From Eledone cirrhosa (lineage: Eukaryota): DNA of 64,000 nucleotides. The stretch covers positions 25,234,001 to 25,298,000 of the forward strand of contig OZ024756.1 in the NCBI GenBank assembly GCA_964016885.1, given 5' to 3'. This document shows positions 54,136 to 64,000 of this stretch, piece after piece. The notes under the pieces are model-generated. The model did not search any database, was not told where the DNA came from, and worked only from the letters and a program-made list of their open reading frames with translations. Made by a program: the position numbers and the translations under genes. How positions within the stretch are numbered: position 1 is the first letter of the stretch; every line of letters starts with the position of its first letter.

Positions 54136-54322
54136 AGTGGATTGGCAGTATCGGTAGAGGATCGGACGCCATGCTTTCCAGCATAGTTACGTCCCTTTAC
54201 GATCTGAGTTCAAATCCCGCCGAGGTTAACTTTGCCTTTCATCCTTACGGGGTCGATAAAATAAAGTACCAGTAACGCACTGGGTAATTGCTGGCCTTGT
54301 GCCTAAAAGTAGAAACAATTAT
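54136..54322 (+). mobile_element. tRNA-derived SINE
   Basis: Full-length copy nearly identical to the one at 53466. Confidence 0.9.
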
Positions 54323-54390
54323 AGTTATTTGCGATGAGACACCTACATTTCAAGTTTCAAACTTTCACTTGGCTTCTTATACCAACCGAT

Positions 54391-54421
<31 letters not shown>

Positions 54422-54644
54422 TTTGCAAAGTCTTTGATATGAAATCGTGTGTCGAAACAAATATTGTCATACATGGGGAGGGTCATATTGTTATAATATT
54501 ACCAGAAATAATAACAGAACACACTCACTGTTTGGTCTGAGTTGGTTTTCGCTTCTGCATCTTTTATATCTCCATAGTTAATTCATTCGGCAATCAATGT
54601 TTATCATTGATTGACCAACGGTTAAAACTACAGATATAAATATA

Positions 54645-54800
54645 TATATAGTCTATCAAAGTTCTTTCGTCACATATCTGCGACATCATCAGTGGTACTA
54701 TTATGTTTCTTCCCATTGTATTGTAAAGTTTACGCCATTTTTATTTTATTTATTTATTTATTTATTTTATGAATATATATATATATGTTTATATATATAT

Positions 54801-54839
<39 letters not shown>

Positions 54840-55645
54840 TTATATATATATTTATTTATATATATATATGTTTATATATATATATGTTTATATATATATG
54901 TTTATATATATATATACATATGTTTATATATATATAAATATATATATGTTTATATATACATATGTTTATATATATATATAAACATATATATGTATATATA
55001 TGTTTATATTTATATATGTTTATATATATATATGTTTATATATATATATATGTTTATATATATACATATGTTTATATATATATATAAATATAAATATATA
55101 TATATAGTCTATCAAAGTTCTTTCGTCACACATCTGCGACATCATCAGTGGTACTATTATGTTTCTTCCCATTGTATTGTAAAGTTTACGCCATTTTTAT
55201 TTTATTTATTTATTTATTTATTTATTTTATGAATATATATATATATATATGTTTATATATATATGTTTTATATATATATATATATATATATTTATTTATA
55301 TATATATTTATTTATATATATATATGTTTATATATATATGTTTATATATATATGTTTATATATATATATACATATGTTTATATATATATAAATATATATA
55401 TGTTTATATATACATATGTTACATATGTTTATATATATATATAAACATATATATGTATATATATGTTTATATTTATATATGTTTATATATATATATATAT
55501 ATGTTTATATATATATATATGTTTATATATATACATATGTTTATATATATATATAAATATAAATATATATATATAGTCTATCAAAGTTCTTTCGTCACAC
55601 ATCTGCGACATCATCAGTGGTACTATTATGTTCTTTCGTCACACA
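54645..55645 (+). repeat. Tandem duplication of an AT-rich unit of about 460 bp (2 full copies + 1 partial)
   Basis: AGTCTATCAAAGTTCTTTCGTCACA..CTGCGACATCATCAGTGGTACTATTATG recurs at about 54650, 55106 and 55575. Confidence 0.85.
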
Positions 55646-55704
55646 TTATATATATATATTTATATATATATATGTTTATGTTTATATATATATATATATG
55701 TTCG

Positions 55705-55790
<86 letters not shown>

Positions 55791-55826
55791 GTTTATACAT
55801 ACATATATTACATTTTAGTTTCAACG

Positions 55827-63601
<7,775 letters not shown>

Positions 63602-63629
63602 CTTTCTAAATAAAAATATCATGAATTAG

Positions 63630-63705
<76 letters not shown>

Positions 63706-64000
63706 TGACATTTTGTTTGGAAAATCTGATGAATAAATATTAATACTAAAACATGCACTTTTTATGATTCTTGATTCGTTAACTCCAAGTTAAATTTGAA
63801 ATTAATAAGGTCAAAATTTTGGTAAAAATACAGAATTTTGAAAGTAATTCAACCTTAAAACTCACTAAAATTATTAAGAGGGGGAGAAAGAAGAGAAAGA
63901 GAAAGAGAAAGAGAGTGAGGGAGAGAGAAATAAATTGATTCGACAGGCAACTCGCAAAGTATATATATATATATATATATATATCAAGAGCGTGAACCTA

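Overview
This is repeat-rich animal genomic DNA. The tRNA-derived SINE family, the AT microsatellites and the TTAGGG repeats suggest a cephalopod or other mollusc, most likely an octopod (inference). Two paralogous genes on the + strand are missed by the ORF track: gene A (CDS 7833-14472, 278 aa) and gene B (CDS 55827-63601, 277 aa). Each has 7 coding exons and encodes a signal peptide, an acidic helical pro-region, a KR site and a conserved His-rich amphipathic domain of about 108 aa. Between them lies a large interstitial telomeric structure. From left to right it is: a cassette (21825-26135) bounded by hammerhead-like motifs and containing a 117-bp satellite; about 12 kb of (CCCTAA)n; a 200-N gap; 5.3 kb of (TTAGGG)n; an inverted copy of the cassette; and 1.06 kb of (CCCTAA/CCCCAA)n fused directly to a 5'-truncated, still-open R4/Dong-type retrotransposon that ends in (TAA)n. 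The rest is non-LTR fragments (R4-clade, Tx1, CR1, RTE, Penelope-like), SINEs, MITEs, palindromes and simple repeats. Most ORFs in the track are microsatellite artefacts. All alignments and counts were done by eye.
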